In this document: piece after piece, positions 1 through 9,011 of the stretch
Numbering within the stretch: position 1 is the first letter of the stretch
How the letters are laid out: every line of letters begins with the position of its first letter
Assembly (NCBI GenBank): GCA_031286555.1
Contig: JAITUD010000059.1
Location: 1-34,217, forward strand
Reading direction: 5' to 3'
Origin: Microbacterium sp.
GTDB taxonomy: Bacteria > Actinomycetota > Actinomycetes > Actinomycetales > Microbacteriaceae
Length of the DNA: 34,217 bases
Notes under the pieces: model-generated
What the model was told of the DNA's origin: nothing
The model's input: the letters and a program-made list of their open reading frames with translations, nothing else
The model's database searches: none
Position numbers and translations under genes: made by a program

Positions 1-232
1 CACGATCGGCGACGGCAAGCCGATGACCACCGAGACCACGGCATCCGCGAGTCCGTCGCCCACGGCGTCCGCCGCTGCGCAGGATGAGGATGCCGCGGGC
101 GGACCGCCGCGCGCGCTCCTCTACGCCATCGGCGGCGCGGCGATCGCCGCGGCCGCATATCTGCTGTACCTCGGGCTCCGCCGCCGCAGGCGGACGGCAG
201 CCGGCGCCGAGAACGAGGAGGCGGACAAGTGA
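1..232 (+). CDS. Partial (5'-truncated) membrane-anchored protein, probably the C-terminus of a CopC-family copper resistance protein
   Basis: Frame is open from position 2 (TIGDGKPMTTETT...). It has a Ser/Thr/Ala/Pro-rich linker, a C-terminal TM helix and a poly-Arg tail. Its stop overlaps the PCu(A)C start (GTGA). The CopC call rests on context because the domain itself lies outside the window. Confidence 0.55.
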   Translation, partial: TIGDGKPMTTETTASASPSPTASAAAQDEDAAGGPPRALLYAIGGAAIAAAAYLLYLGLRRRRRTAAGAENEEADK

Positions 233-738
233 ACGCCACGATGACTGCACGGGTCGCGGCGCTGCTCGCCGCATCCGTCCTGCTGCTGACGGGCTGCGCG
301 GCGACCGGCACCGAGGAGCCGGCGGCCCGCACCGCCGGCGAGACGGTGACGATCGAGGACGCGTGGGCGAAGGCCGCCGACGAGGGCATGACCGCCGTGT
401 TCGGCACGCTCGTGAACAAGGGCGGCGACGACGTCACCGTCGTCTCCGCGAAGACCGAGGCCGCCGAGATGGCCGAACTGCACGAGACCGTGCAGGGCGA
501 CGCCGGCGAGATGACCATGCGCCCCATCGAGGGCGGGCTGGCGCTCTCGCATGACGCCAGAGTGGCGCTCGAGCCCGGCGGCGACCACATCATGCTGATG
601 GGGCTGACCGCACCGCTGAAGGCCGGCGACGAGGTGACCGTCACGCTGACGTTCTCAGACAGGTCCACCTACGAGTTCACGGCGCCGGTGAAGGACTACT
701 CCGGCGCGAACGAGAACTACGACGACGGCGGCGAGTGA
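229..738 (+). CDS. Copper chaperone PCu(A)C family lipoprotein
   Basis: Lipobox LLLTGC; Cu-binding His/Met motif ELHETV...EMTM...EPGGDHIMLM. Confidence 0.92.
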   Translation: MNATMTARVAALLAASVLLLTGCAATGTEEPAARTAGETVTIEDAWAKAADEGMTAVFGTLVNKGGDDVTVVSAKTEAAEMAELHETVQGDAGEMTMRPIEGGLALSHDARVALEPGGDHIMLMGLTAPLKAGDEVTVTLTFSDRSTYEFTAPVKDYSGANENYDDGGE

Positions 739-1955
739 TGACGCGCTCCGGCGCGGGTGACCGCTCCGGCGCCACCCGGCGGCAGCTCCTGATCGGAGGG
801 GCTGTCGCCGGGGTCGGCGCCGCCGTCGCGGCCGGCGCGGATCTCCTGCTGAACCGGGCGGATGCCGCAGACGACGCCCCGTCCGCGACGATGAACGGCG
901 AACAGACGGTGCCGTTCCACGGCGTGCACCAGGCCGGGATCGACACGGCCGCGCAGGCGCACGGGGTGTTCCTGGGGCTCGACCTGCACGACGGCGTTGA
1001 TCGCTCGGCGCTGGCCCGGCTGATGCGCATCCTCACGGATGACGCCGCACGGCTCACCCGGGGAAGGGCGGCGCTGGCCGACTCCGAGCCCGAGCTGTCC
1101 GAGTCGCCGGCCCGGCTCACGATCACGTTCGGCTTCGGACCGAGGTTCGTCGCCGTGGCGGGCGGCGAGGGCCCGACCTGGCTCGCGCCGCTTCCGGCGT
1201 TCGGGATCGACAGGCTGCAGCCCGAGCTGTCCGGCGGGGACCTGCTCATCCAGGTCGCCGGCGACGACCCCCTGTCCGTCGCACACGCCGTGCGGATGCT
1301 GCTGAAGGATGCCCGGGGCTTCGCCGCACTGCGCTGGACGCAGCGCGGGTTCCGCCGTGCCTACGGCACCGAGCGTCCGGGGACGACGATGCGAAACCTG
1401 TTCGGGCAGGTCGACGGCACCGTGAACCCCGAGCCGGGGACGAAGGACTTCGACCGCGTCGTCTGGGCGGACGGCGGGTGGCTGGCCGGCGGTACGGGCG
1501 TCGTGATCCGCCGCATCCGGATGGACCTGGACAAGTGGGACCGTCTGGATCGCGGCGGGAGGGAGACGTCGGTCGGGCGCACTCTCGCGAACGGGGCACC
1601 CCTGACGGGGAGCCGCGAGCACGACGAGCCCGACTTCGAGGCGACCACGTCGATCGGCTTCCCCGTCATCCCGGCGTACGCGCACATCCGCCGCGCTCGC
1701 GGCGAGGGCGCGGAGCGCATCTTCCGGCGCGCGTACAACTACGACGAGCATCCGGACGGCGCAGGCGTCTCGGAGTCGGGGCTGATCTTCGTGGCCTTCC
1801 AGGCCGACGTCGAGAAGCAGTTCACCCCGATGCAGCGCCGGCTGGACCAGCTCGACCTGCTCAACGAGTGGACGGTGCCGATCGGCTCCGCCGTGTTCGC
1901 CGTGCCGCCCGGATGCGCCGAGGGCGGGTTCATCGGTGAGACGCTGCTCGCCTGA
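738..1955 (+). CDS. Tat-exported Dyp-type peroxidase (EfeB/DtpA-like, class A)
   Basis: Twin-arginine signal TRRQLL; FHGxHQAGI; GxxDG motif (FGQVDGT); proximal His in AHIRRA; IFRRAYNY; GLIFVAFQ. Start is 735 (GTG) or 738 (ATG). Confidence 0.93.
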   Translation: MTRSGAGDRSGATRRQLLIGGAVAGVGAAVAAGADLLLNRADAADDAPSATMNGEQTVPFHGVHQAGIDTAAQAHGVFLGLDLHDGVDRSALARLMRILTDDAARLTRGRAALADSEPELSESPARLTITFGFGPRFVAVAGGEGPTWLAPLPAFGIDRLQPELSGGDLLIQVAGDDPLSVAHAVRMLLKDARGFAALRWTQRGFRRAYGTERPGTTMRNLFGQVDGTVNPEPGTKDFDRVVWADGGWLAGGTGVVIRRIRMDLDKWDRLDRGGRETSVGRTLANGAPLTGSREHDEPDFEATTSIGFPVIPAYAHIRRARGEGAERIFRRAYNYDEHPDGAGVSESGLIFVAFQADVEKQFTPMQRRLDQLDLLNEWTVPIGSAVFAVPPGCAEGGFIGETLLA

Positions 1956-1969
1956 GCGTCCCGCGCACA

Positions 1970-2036
1970 CGAGAGACCACCTCCCGCGTGAGAGACCACG
2001 TGGCGGGTGGTCTCTCGTGCGGAAGGTGGTCTCTCG
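1970..2036. repeat. REP-like nested palindrome; probable bidirectional terminator
   Basis: GAGAGACCAC at 1971 and 1990, with reverse complement GTGGTCTCTC at 2007 and 2026. Forms a ~30-bp stem with a 7-nt loop between convergent genes. Confidence 0.85.
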
Positions 2037-2048
2037 GTGGGATGCGGC

Positions 2049-3806
2049 CTACAGGCTCAGACCGTGGCCGAACCGGAACAGCGGGTCCTCGGTGTCGAAC
2101 TGCACGTCGGGGCGGGAGGCCTCCACCGCCGCCATCGAGCGCGGCACGTCGAAGGGCAGGCGTCCCTGCGCCGGGTGCGCCCCGGTGAGCACGTCGAGCA
2201 GAGCCTCGGCACTGGAGCCCCAGTTCGCGACGACCGCGTCGGCGGACTCGACGATCGGTGCGAGGATCGCCGGGCGGTCCAGGAACACGTCCACGACGGT
2301 CGGAGCCGCGGCGGCCACCTCGGCGACGTGCGCGAGCACGTCCTCGGGGAAGTCCAGCGAGCCGGCGTGGAAGAAGTTCTCGAACATCGACGCACGCTGC
2401 TCGTACGGAGCCTGCAGGCGCAGGATCGCGACATCCGCCTCGGCCGGGGTCGCGACGACTGTGCCGTACTGAGCGGCGATCTCGTCGGCGATGCCCTCGA
2501 CGTACAGCCTCGCGCCGGTGGCGATCGGCAGCGAGCCGCCGTTCGAGAGCACCGTGACCGACTTGCGCTGCGCGGCATCGCCGGCGGCGCGGAACTCGGC
2601 AGAGCCCACGACGGCGTCCGCCGCCGAAGCATCCACGTACGGGTTCTCGAACAGGCCGAGCTCGAACTTCTCGCGCAGCAGCCGCGCGGCCGAGACGTCG
2701 AGGCGCTCCTCGGAGACGACGCCGGAGCGCACCAGCTCGATGAGCATCTCGGGCTCCTGCTCGCCCCCGAACTGATCGGCACCGGCATCCAGGATCTTGG
2801 TCATGCGCTCGGCAGGGGTGAGGTGCTCGACGCCCCAGGCGCGCGCCGAGAAGTCGGTGCCCATGATCGGCTGGTCGGTGATCAGACCCCAGTCGGTGCA
2901 GACGATGCCGTCGAAGCCGAACCGCTCGCGCAGCAGGCCGGTGAGCACGCCCTTGTTGAAGCCGAAGCCGACCTCCTCGTACTCGGTGCCGACCGGCATC
3001 CCGTAATAGGGCATGATCTGACGGCCACCGGCGGCGAAGACCGCCTCGAAGGGCTTCAGATGGTGCTCGAAGTTGTCGCCGGGGTAGACCTGCTCGCGGC
3101 CGTAGTCGAAGTGCGGGTCCTCGCCGTCCTTCTGCGGGCCGCCGCCCGGGAAGTGCTTCGTCATCGTCGACACCGAACCGGCACCGAACGACTCGCCCTG
3201 GAAGCCGCGCACGTAGGCGGCACCCAGTGATCCTGCCAGGTCGGCGTCCTCGCCGAAGGTCTGCAGCTGGCGGGCCCAGCGCGACTCGGTCGCGAGGTCG
3301 ACCTGCGGATGCAGGGCGACTCGGATGCCCACCGCGGTGTACTCCTGGCGGGCGATCTCGCCGAACCGCTCGACCAGGTCGGCGTCGTGCGTGGCGGCCA
3401 GACCCAGCGGCTCCGGCCACTGCGAGAACGGGCCGGAGAGGATCGAAGCACCCGGGTTCTCGCTGAACGAGTGCCGCGGGTCGGTCGAGATCGTCACAGG
3501 GATGCCGAGCCTGGTGGATGCCGCGAGCTCCTGCAGCCGGTTGTACCAGGCCGCCATCTCAGACGCCTTCGGAGCCGCGCCGAGCAGGTTGAAGTGGTTC
3601 ATGTGCAGGTCGGCCACGTGGTGCCGGTTCGACGGGATGCCGAACTCGGTGCTGCCCTCGGAGAGTTCGCCGCCCTCGCCCATCATGATCATCGTGTGGA
3701 AGAACAGTCCCGCCTTCTCCTCGAGGGTCATGGCGTCCAGCAGCAGCCGGACGCGCTCCTCGGTGGGCAGGGCGGCGTCGAGCCAGGGCTTTTCGATGTC
3801 GGTCAT
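2049..3806 (-). CDS. Glycoside hydrolase family 3 beta-glucosidase (cytoplasmic)
   Basis: MTLEEKAG; TRLGIP; KHFPG; MPYY; nucleophile motif GFDGIVCTDW; C-terminal PLFRFGHGLS; no signal peptide. Confidence 0.93.
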   Translation of the reverse strand: MTDIEKPWLDAALPTEERVRLLLDAMTLEEKAGLFFHTMIMMGEGGELSEGSTEFGIPSNRHHVADLHMNHFNLLGAAPKASEMAAWYNRLQELAASTRLGIPVTISTDPRHSFSENPGASILSGPFSQWPEPLGLAATHDADLVERFGEIARQEYTAVGIRVALHPQVDLATESRWARQLQTFGEDADLAGSLGAAYVRGFQGESFGAGSVSTMTKHFPGGGPQKDGEDPHFDYGREQVYPGDNFEHHLKPFEAVFAAGGRQIMPYYGMPVGTEYEEVGFGFNKGVLTGLLRERFGFDGIVCTDWGLITDQPIMGTDFSARAWGVEHLTPAERMTKILDAGADQFGGEQEPEMLIELVRSGVVSEERLDVSAARLLREKFELGLFENPYVDASAADAVVGSAEFRAAGDAAQRKSVTVLSNGGSLPIATGARLYVEGIADEIAAQYGTVVATPAEADVAILRLQAPYEQRASMFENFFHAGSLDFPEDVLAHVAEVAAAAPTVVDVFLDRPAILAPIVESADAVVANWGSSAEALLDVLTGAHPAQGRLPFDVPRSMAAVEASRPDVQFDTEDPLFRFGHGLSL

Positions 3807-5107
3807 TTCACTCCCTTGATGCGGTAGACGAGGACGGCGCCGAGCAGGGCGATCAGCGCGCCGAAGAGGTAGTACACGGTGTAGCCGCCGAGCGGGGTGA
3901 GGGCACCGAGGGTGATGATGGCGGGGGCGATCGCCGGGGCGATGGACTGCGGCAGCGCATTGGCGATGTTCAGCACGCCGAGGTCCTTCGCGGTGTCATC
4001 GGGGTTCGGCAGCACCTGGGTGGCGAGGGCCAGGTCGACGGCGAAGAACGAGCCGGCGCCGAGGCCGATGATGGCCTGTGCGACGATCAGCGTGGTCACG
4101 TCGGGGGCGAACGCCAGCAGTACCAGGCCCACGACCATGATGACGCCGGCGAGGGCGACGAACGGGCGGCGCTTGCCGAACCTGTCCGACAGCCAGCCGC
4201 CGAGCGGGCTCGACACCATCATCGCGGCCATGGATGCCACGTTGGCTATGAGGATGGTGGTGATCGCCTCCTGCTCACTGAGGTGGAACTTCTCGGTCAG
4301 GTAGAAGGGCAGGAAGGTCGCGATGCCGGCGTAGCCGAACATGACCAGGAACTTCGTCAGCCAGGTCCAGCCGAAGTCGGGGTGCTTGACCGGGTTGAAC
4401 ACGAAGGAGCCGAAGAACATCTTCACCGTGAAGCGGTCGGTCGGCTTCTCGGTGCGCACACGGTCGCGCAGCATCAGCGAGAACAGCGCCGCGAGAGCGA
4501 CGGCGATCACGGCCGGTACGACGAAGCGCAGGAAGTCGGCGCTGATGAAGTTGATCAGGAAGCTGCCGGCGAGGATGCCGAGGGGCGTGGTGATGCCGAC
4601 GATGCCCGAGACCTTGCCGCGCTCCGCGGCCGGGACCTGGTCGGGCAGGGTCGCATTGGCCGCGGCGAGGACGGCGTTCATCGCGGTCTGCGTGACGCAC
4701 CATCCCAGCAGCACGATCCACACCGAGGTGGCGACGCCGATCAGCACGAATCCGCCGAGGCCGACGATCGCGCCGCCGAGGATCCAGGGGCGGCGCATGC
4801 CCCAGCGCGAGGTGGTGCGATCGGACAGTCGGCCGGCCAGCGGGTTCGCGATCAGCGCGAACAGGGCGCCGACGCCGAGCACGAGGCCGAGGTTGCCGGT
4901 GGCCTCCGCGGGAGTGGCGCTGATGTGCTGGATCTTGAAGGCCATCGAGACCATCACCGGCGTGAGCAGTGCGAGGAACACGCCGAAGTTGGCTCCGGCG
5001 AGGCCGAGGGCATAGCCGCGCGGCGCCTTCTGCGGGGTGGTTCCGGGGGCCTTGAAGCCTGTCGTGCCGGCGGCCGCGGAGGTCGCGGCCGGCGTGATGT
5101 CGGTCAT
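3803..5107 (-). CDS. MFS transporter, probable glycoside importer
   Basis: Multiple TM segments; GRLSDRTTSRWGMRRPW and GWLSDRFGKRRP motif-A repeats. Start MTDITP is preceded by an AAGGAG RBS. Stop overlaps the GH3 start. Confidence 0.9.
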   Translation of the reverse strand: MTDITPAATSAAAGTTGFKAPGTTPQKAPRGYALGLAGANFGVFLALLTPVMVSMAFKIQHISATPAEATGNLGLVLGVGALFALIANPLAGRLSDRTTSRWGMRRPWILGGAIVGLGGFVLIGVATSVWIVLLGWCVTQTAMNAVLAAANATLPDQVPAAERGKVSGIVGITTPLGILAGSFLINFISADFLRFVVPAVIAVALAALFSLMLRDRVRTEKPTDRFTVKMFFGSFVFNPVKHPDFGWTWLTKFLVMFGYAGIATFLPFYLTEKFHLSEQEAITTILIANVASMAAMMVSSPLGGWLSDRFGKRRPFVALAGVIMVVGLVLLAFAPDVTTLIVAQAIIGLGAGSFFAVDLALATQVLPNPDDTAKDLGVLNIANALPQSIAPAIAPAIITLGALTPLGGYTVYYLFGALIALLGAVLVYRIKGVK

Positions 5108-5167
5108 TCGGGTTTCTCCTTTCGGCGTCGCCTTCGGCGCCGTTCGAAGCATGCTATCGAATAAACC

Positions 5168-5202
5168 CGACCAAGTGGTAACAATAATTGACCGAATGGT
5201 CA
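5168..5202. promoter_or_regulatory. Two palindromic operator-like sites in the divergent MFS/TetR promoter region
   Basis: TGACC-GAAT-GGTCA (5189-5202, perfect arms) and CGACC-AAGT-GGTAA (5168-5181), 21 bp apart in an AT-rich stretch. Confidence 0.65.
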
Positions 5203-5272
5203 CGACATGGAACGTCGGTATCGTGGAGCAGAGCTTCCGGACCGGCGGCGGATGCCGGGAGCGGAGGAGATC

Positions 5273-6505
5273 ATGGCGACCAGGAGTGCGGCAGTGGCGG
5301 CTGCGCCGACGGCGCGCGGCAGACTGCGGCGGGCGCAGATCCTCGACGCCGCGCTGGGGCTGTTCGCCGATCGCGGGTACAACGCCGTCTCGCTGCGGGA
5401 CATCGCCGCAGCGAGCGGGATCACGCACCCGGGGCTGCTGCGGCACTTCCAGACGAAGCCCGACATCCTCGAAGCCGTGATCGAGGATGTCGAGGCGCGG
5501 ACCGGTGTGCGGTGGAGCGCGCTGCCCGCGGGGGAGCGCCGAGCGGCCGTCATCCAGCGCTGGAACGAGGAGGACCCCGCGCGCGCCGGGCTGATCGCCA
5601 TGCTGGCCGGGGAGGCCGGACCGGACGGGCATCCCGCACACGATCGCATCGCGGCTCGATATCGACGGGTGCGTGCGCTCACCATCGCCGAGTACCGCGC
5701 GCGGGAGGCGAGAGGCGAGCTGCTTCCCGGCGTCGACATCATGGATGCCGCCGTCGAGCTGCTCGCGGGATGGGATGGCCTCGGCCTGATCGCGCACTAT
5801 CTCCCGATCGACATCGGCGCGGCTCTGGAGCTTCGCGAGCGGCAGCTGTCCGAGGCGCCCACAGGGGTGCGGCATCCTGCATCCGCCGTGGAGCTGCCCG
5901 ACCTCACCGCCGCCGTCGACCCGCAGGATCTCGGCAGCATCCGCCGCGACCAGATCGTCGCCGATGCGATGGCGCTGTTCGCCGAGCGCGGCTACCTCGC
6001 CACCACCATGCAGGACATCGCAGACCGGGTCGGCGTGTCGAAGGCGGCGCTGTTCCACCACTACCCGTCGAAGACCGATCTGCTCACGGCGGTGCTCGCG
6101 GCGCGTGATGCCGAGATCGGTCAGATCGGCCGTGCTCGGCCGCTGGCGACCGCCGCCGGGGCGCTGCGCGACGCCGTCGCCGGCGCTCGCCGCAACGCTG
6201 CCGAGCGTCCCGGGCTCATCGAGATCTACGCGGTGCTGTCCTGCGAGGCCGCGGCGTCTTCGCATCCGGCGCATGCGTACTTCGCCGCGCGCTTCGCACG
6301 CGTGATCGACTTCTTCACCGCGCTGTTCCGTGCGGCGGCCGCGGAGGGGTCGCTGCGGCCGGGGCTCGACCCGGATGCCGAGGCGCGCTGGTTCGTCGCG
6401 CTCTGGGACGGCCTGCAGTTCCAGTGGATGTACGACCCCGAGGACATCTCGATCGACGAGCACCTGTCGGCGCATCTCGATCGGGTGCTGGTCGAGGGGC
6501 ACTGA
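5273..6505 (+). CDS. TetR/AcrR family regulator with two tandem TetR units
   Basis: Two HTH motifs (SLRDIAAASGITHPGLLRHFQTK and TMQDIADRVGVSKAALFHHYPSK), each followed by a C-terminal ligand domain. GGAGGAG RBS precedes ATG 5273. Confidence 0.9.
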   Translation: MATRSAAVAAAPTARGRLRRAQILDAALGLFADRGYNAVSLRDIAAASGITHPGLLRHFQTKPDILEAVIEDVEARTGVRWSALPAGERRAAVIQRWNEEDPARAGLIAMLAGEAGPDGHPAHDRIAARYRRVRALTIAEYRAREARGELLPGVDIMDAAVELLAGWDGLGLIAHYLPIDIGAALELRERQLSEAPTGVRHPASAVELPDLTAAVDPQDLGSIRRDQIVADAMALFAERGYLATTMQDIADRVGVSKAALFHHYPSKTDLLTAVLAARDAEIGQIGRARPLATAAGALRDAVAGARRNAAERPGLIEIYAVLSCEAAASSHPAHAYFAARFARVIDFFTALFRAAAAEGSLRPGLDPDAEARWFVALWDGLQFQWMYDPEDISIDEHLSAHLDRVLVEGH

Positions 6506-6507
6506 CG

Positions 6508-7245
6508 ATGAGCATCCCCGCAGACCCCGTCGCCGTGCCCGACCGCGTGCGCGCACTCGCCCGCGGCGCCGCGCTCGAGTGCGTGTGGATCAACGGCGTC
6601 GGCGGGCTGACATTCCGGGCGACTCCCGCCGCCGGTGGCGTCTTCTACATCAAGTGGGGGCCGCGGGGCGACGAGACCACGATGCGCGACGAGGCCGAGC
6701 GGATGACGTGGGCGGGCCGCTGGATCCGTGCGCCGCGCGTGCTCGACCAGGGCGAGGACGACACGCACGAGTGGCTCGTCACAGCCGCCATCGACGGCGA
6801 GAGCGCGGTCGCCCCGCGCTGGATCGCCGAGCCCGCCACCGCGGTGCGCGCCGTGGGCGAGGGGCTCCGGATGCTGCACGACGCGCTCCCGGTCGACGAA
6901 TGCCCGTGGGACTGGGGCGTGCCGTCCCGGATCGTGAACGCGGCCGCCCGCGGCATCCGGGTGCCCGAGCGCCTGCGCGTCGCGCCGCCGGTGGACAGGC
7001 TGGTGGTCTGCCACGCCGACGCCTGCTGCCCGAACACCCTTCTCGGCGATGACGGGAGTGCTCTCGCGCACGTCGACCTCGCCGCACTCGGCGTGGCCGA
7101 CCGCTGGGCCGACATCGCGGTCGCGTCGATGAGCACGGAGTGGAACTACGGGCCCGGCTGGGAGGACGCGCTGATCGAGGCGTACGGCCTCGAGCCCGAC
7201 CGTGAGCGTCTCGCGTACTACCGCGACCTGTGGGACGCGACGTGA
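6508..7245 (+). CDS. Aminoglycoside 3'-phosphotransferase-like kinase (APH family)
   Basis: FYIKW ATP-binding Lys; EAERMTW; Brenner motif CHADACCPN; [16 protein letters not shown]; C-terminal YYRDLWD. Confidence 0.85.
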   Translation: MSIPADPVAVPDRVRALARGAALECVWINGVGGLTFRATPAAGGVFYIKWGPRGDETTMRDEAERMTWAGRWIRAPRVLDQGEDDTHEWLVTAAIDGESAVAPRWIAEPATAVRAVGEGLRMLHDALPVDECPWDWGVPSRIVNAAARGIRVPERLRVAPPVDRLVVCHADACCPNTLLGDDGSALAHVDLAALGVADRWADIAVASMSTEWNYGPGWEDALIEAYGLEPDRERLAYYRDLWDAT

Positions 7246-7348
7246 GGATCGGCCTGCCGTAGGCTCGCATCGACAGGTTCCTCGCGGTAGTACTCAGAAC
7301 CACATAAGCTGGAACTCAGTCGCACGCCGCCGTTCGAAGGAGAACAAG

Positions 7349-8104
7349 ATGCAGATCAGCGGAGCCGGCGCCCTCGTCACGGGCGGCGCCAGCGGACTCG
7401 GGCTCGCCACCGCCCGCCGACTCGCCGCCGCAGGCGCTCAGGTCACGATCGTCGACCTGCCGTCATCGGCCGGTGCCGAGATCGCCGCCGAGCTCGGCGG
7501 ATTCTTCGCCCCCGCCGACGTCACCGACGTCGACCAGGTGCGCGCCGCAGTCGCCGAATCGCTCGACCCGCTGCGCATCGTGGTCAACTGCGCGGGCATC
7601 GCGCCGCCCGCGAAGGTGCTCGACCGCGACGGCAACCCCGCCGACCTCGCCGCATTCGAGCGGATCATCCGCATCAACCTCGTCGGCACCTTCAACGTCA
7701 TCTCGCAGGCCGCCGCCGTGATCTCGAGGACCGAGCCGACCGAGGGCGGCGACCGCGGCGTGATCGTGAACACCGCCAGCGTCGCGGCGTTCGACGGGCA
7801 GATCGGCCAGCCCGCCTACTCGGCGTCGAAGGGCGGGGTGCACGCGATGACGCTGCCGATCGCCCGCGAGCTGTCGCGCTACGGCATCCGCGTCTGCACG
7901 ATCGCCCCCGGCATCATGGAGACCCCCATGCTCGCCGGCCTCCCTGAGGCCGCGCAGGAGTCGCTCGGCCAGCAGGTGCCCTACCCGTCCCGTCTCGGTC
8001 GGCCCGACGAGTACGCCGCCCTGGTGCAGAGCATCGTCGAGAACGGCTACCTGAACGGCGAGACCATCCGACTCGACGGCGCCATCCGCATGGCGCCGAA
8101 ATGA
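7349..8104 (+). CDS. SDR oxidoreductase, 3-hydroxyacyl-CoA dehydrogenase type II (HSD10-like)
   Basis: TGGASGLG; NCAGI; [23 protein letters not shown]; [13 protein letters not shown]; AAGGAG RBS. Confidence 0.92.
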   Translation: MQISGAGALVTGGASGLGLATARRLAAAGAQVTIVDLPSSAGAEIAAELGGFFAPADVTDVDQVRAAVAESLDPLRIVVNCAGIAPPAKVLDRDGNPADLAAFERIIRINLVGTFNVISQAAAVISRTEPTEGGDRGVIVNTASVAAFDGQIGQPAYSASKGGVHAMTLPIARELSRYGIRVCTIAPGIMETPMLAGLPEAAQESLGQQVPYPSRLGRPDEYAALVQSIVENGYLNGETIRLDGAIRMAPK

Positions 8105-8124
8105 CCCACGACCAAGGAGCATCC

Positions 8125-8955
8125 ATGAGCCTCGCAGGCAAGACCATCCTGATGTCCGGCGGCAGCCGCGGCATCGGCCTCGCGATCGCCCTGCGGGCGG
8201 CGGCCGACGGCGCGAACATCGCGCTGATGGCGAAGACCGACACCCCGCATCCCAAGCTCGAGGGCACGGTGCACTCCGCCGCCGAGCAGATCCGCGCGGC
8301 GGGCGGCCGGGCGCTGCCGATCGTCGGCGACGTGCGCAACGACGACGACATCACCGAGGCTGTGATGAAGACCGCCGGTGAGTTCGGCGGCATCGACATC
8401 GTGATCAACAACGCCAGCGTGATCGATCTGTCGGGATCGCTCGACCTCGCGGCGAAGAAGTACGACCTCATGCAGGACGTCAACGTGCGCGGCACGTTCA
8501 TGCTCTCGCGCACGGCCGTCCCGCTGCTGCGCGAGTCGGCCAACCCGCACATCCTGTCGCTCTCGCCGCCGCTGAACCTCTCGCCGCGCTGGCTCGGCGC
8601 GCACACCGGCTACACGATGGCGAAGTACGGCATGACGATGGCGACGCTCGGCCTTGCGGCCGAATTCGCGGATGCCGGCATCGCGGCCAACACCCTCTGG
8701 CCGCGCACCACGATCGCGACCGCCGCCGTGCAGTTCGCCCTCGGCGGCGACCGCATGATGAAGGTCAGCCGCACGCCTGAGATCTACGCGGATGCCGCCT
8801 ACGCGGTCATCTCCGCGCCCGCGGCGCAGCGCACGGGGCAGACGCTCATCGTCGAGGACGTCCTCGAGGAGGCCGGCGTGACCGACTTCTCCGGTTACGC
8901 CGCGGTGCCCGGCACTCCCGACGAGGCGCTGTTCCCGGACATCTTCCTGGACTGA
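8125..8955 (+). CDS. SDR oxidoreductase, HSDL2-like
   Basis: SGGSRGIG; KTDTPHPKLEGT; NNAS; YTMAKYGM; NTLWPRTTIATAA; AAGGAG RBS before ATG 8125 (alternative start 8101). Confidence 0.9.
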   Translation: MSLAGKTILMSGGSRGIGLAIALRAAADGANIALMAKTDTPHPKLEGTVHSAAEQIRAAGGRALPIVGDVRNDDDITEAVMKTAGEFGGIDIVINNASVIDLSGSLDLAAKKYDLMQDVNVRGTFMLSRTAVPLLRESANPHILSLSPPLNLSPRWLGAHTGYTMAKYGMTMATLGLAAEFADAGIAANTLWPRTTIATAAVQFALGGDRMMKVSRTPEIYADAAYAVISAPAAQRTGQTLIVEDVLEEAGVTDFSGYAAVPGTPDEALFPDIFLD

Positions 8956-8973
8956 GGCGCCGACTCGGTCCGC

Positions 8974-9011
8974 GTGGTTCCGGGCGTGGGGGAGCCCGCG
9001 CCCGGAACTAC
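8974..9011. terminator. GC-rich hairpin between convergent genes
   Basis: GTGGTTCCGGGCGTGGG-GGAG-CCCGCGCCCGGAACTAC: 17-bp stem with two G:U pairs, overlapping the GntR stop. Confidence 0.7.

Noticed and set aside
1970-2036. Short repeats here and at 33107-33192 considered as mini CRISPR arrays
   Set aside because: Only two direct copies each, spacers of 4-9 nt, an inverted arrangement and no cas genes.
3795-5107. GH3 and MFS both begin with the same 12 nt (ATGACCGACATC, MTDI)
   Set aside because: MTD- starts are common in Actinobacteria, and the match is too short to imply duplication or regulation.
5108-6556. 917-aa minus-strand ORF (3803..6556) that appears to give the MFS a very long N-terminal extension
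   Set aside because: The extension is the antisense shadow of the TetR gene. A good RBS and ATG at 5107 define the real MFS start.
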